From a virus (lineage: Duplodnaviria; Heunggongvirae; Uroviricota; Caudoviricetes), in IMG/VR virus record IMGVR_UViG_2740892230_000025: DNA of 4,368 nucleotides; one strand, written 5' to 3'. Positions 4,212 to 4,368 of the stretch are shown piece after piece; the stretch's first letter is position 1; each line of letters starts with the position of its first letter. Under the pieces are notes generated by a model. That model saw only the letters and a list, made by a program, of their open reading frames with translations. It made no database searches and had not been told where the DNA came from. Position numbers and translations under genes: made by a program.

Positions 4212-4368
4212 GTGGGTAAAGGTGGCGGCAAGGCGCACACGCCGGTTGAGGCAAAGGACAATCTTAAGTCCACGCAGATGATGAGCGTGATTGATGCCAT
4301 CGGTGAGGGACCGGTGGAAGGTCCGGTGAAGGGGCTGCAGAGTATTCTGGTGAACAAAACCCCGCTGA
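4212..4368 (+). CDS. J: Tail tip host-specificity / central tail fibre protein J, N-terminal 52 codons (copy 2, GTG start), 3' partial at window end
   Basis: (V/M)GKGGGKAHTPVEAKDNLKSTQMMSVIDAIGEGPVEGPVKGLQSILVNKTPL matches lambda gpJ (MGKGSSKGHTPREAKDNLKSTQLLSVIDAISEGPIEGPVDGLKSVLLNSTPVL) from memory. Confidence 0.85.
   Translation, partial: MGKGGGKAHTPVEAKDNLKSTQMMSVIDAIGEGPVEGPVKGLQSILVNKTPL

Noticed and set aside
1-4368. CRISPR-like repeat-spacer architecture or a biological tandem gene amplification
   Set aside because: The repeated units are 60-340 nt diverged coding tiles of different genes, not short identical direct repeats. Junctions are marked by exactly 10 N and would disrupt reading frames, so this is an assembly or stitching artefact rather than an array or amplification.
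1-4368. Novel defence, anti-defence or accessory cargo system
   Set aside because: Every coding stretch is accounted for by H, M, L, K, I and J with high similarity to lambda. There is no moron ORF, integrase, transposase, toxin or unexplained coding capacity; the only unexplained sequence is the structured I-J spacer.

Overview
This window is the tail-tip assembly module of a lambda-like (lambdoid) siphovirus or prophage of the Enterobacteriaceae type, all on the + strand in lambda order: H (tape-measure C-terminus), M, L, K, I and the start of J. Identifications rest on my recollection of the phage lambda gpM/gpL/gpK/gpI/gpJ protein sequences, not on any database search. The window is not a contiguous locus: ten runs of exactly 10 N split it into 11 tiles that either re-cover the same gene stretch as the previous tile in a diverged copy or skip ahead. 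It therefore looks like a stitched set of contigs or alleles from at least two related tail modules, and the through-gap ORFs in the supplied track (e.g. the 282-aa I ORF) are chimeric. I found no evidence of a novel defence or accessory system. The most interesting unexplained signal is the 235-246 nt I-J intergenic spacer, longer than the roughly 60 nt I recall for lambda, which carries two hairpin elements conserved between both copies, one with a compensatory base-pair change. No RNA genes, CRISPR arrays or mobile-element hallmarks were seen.
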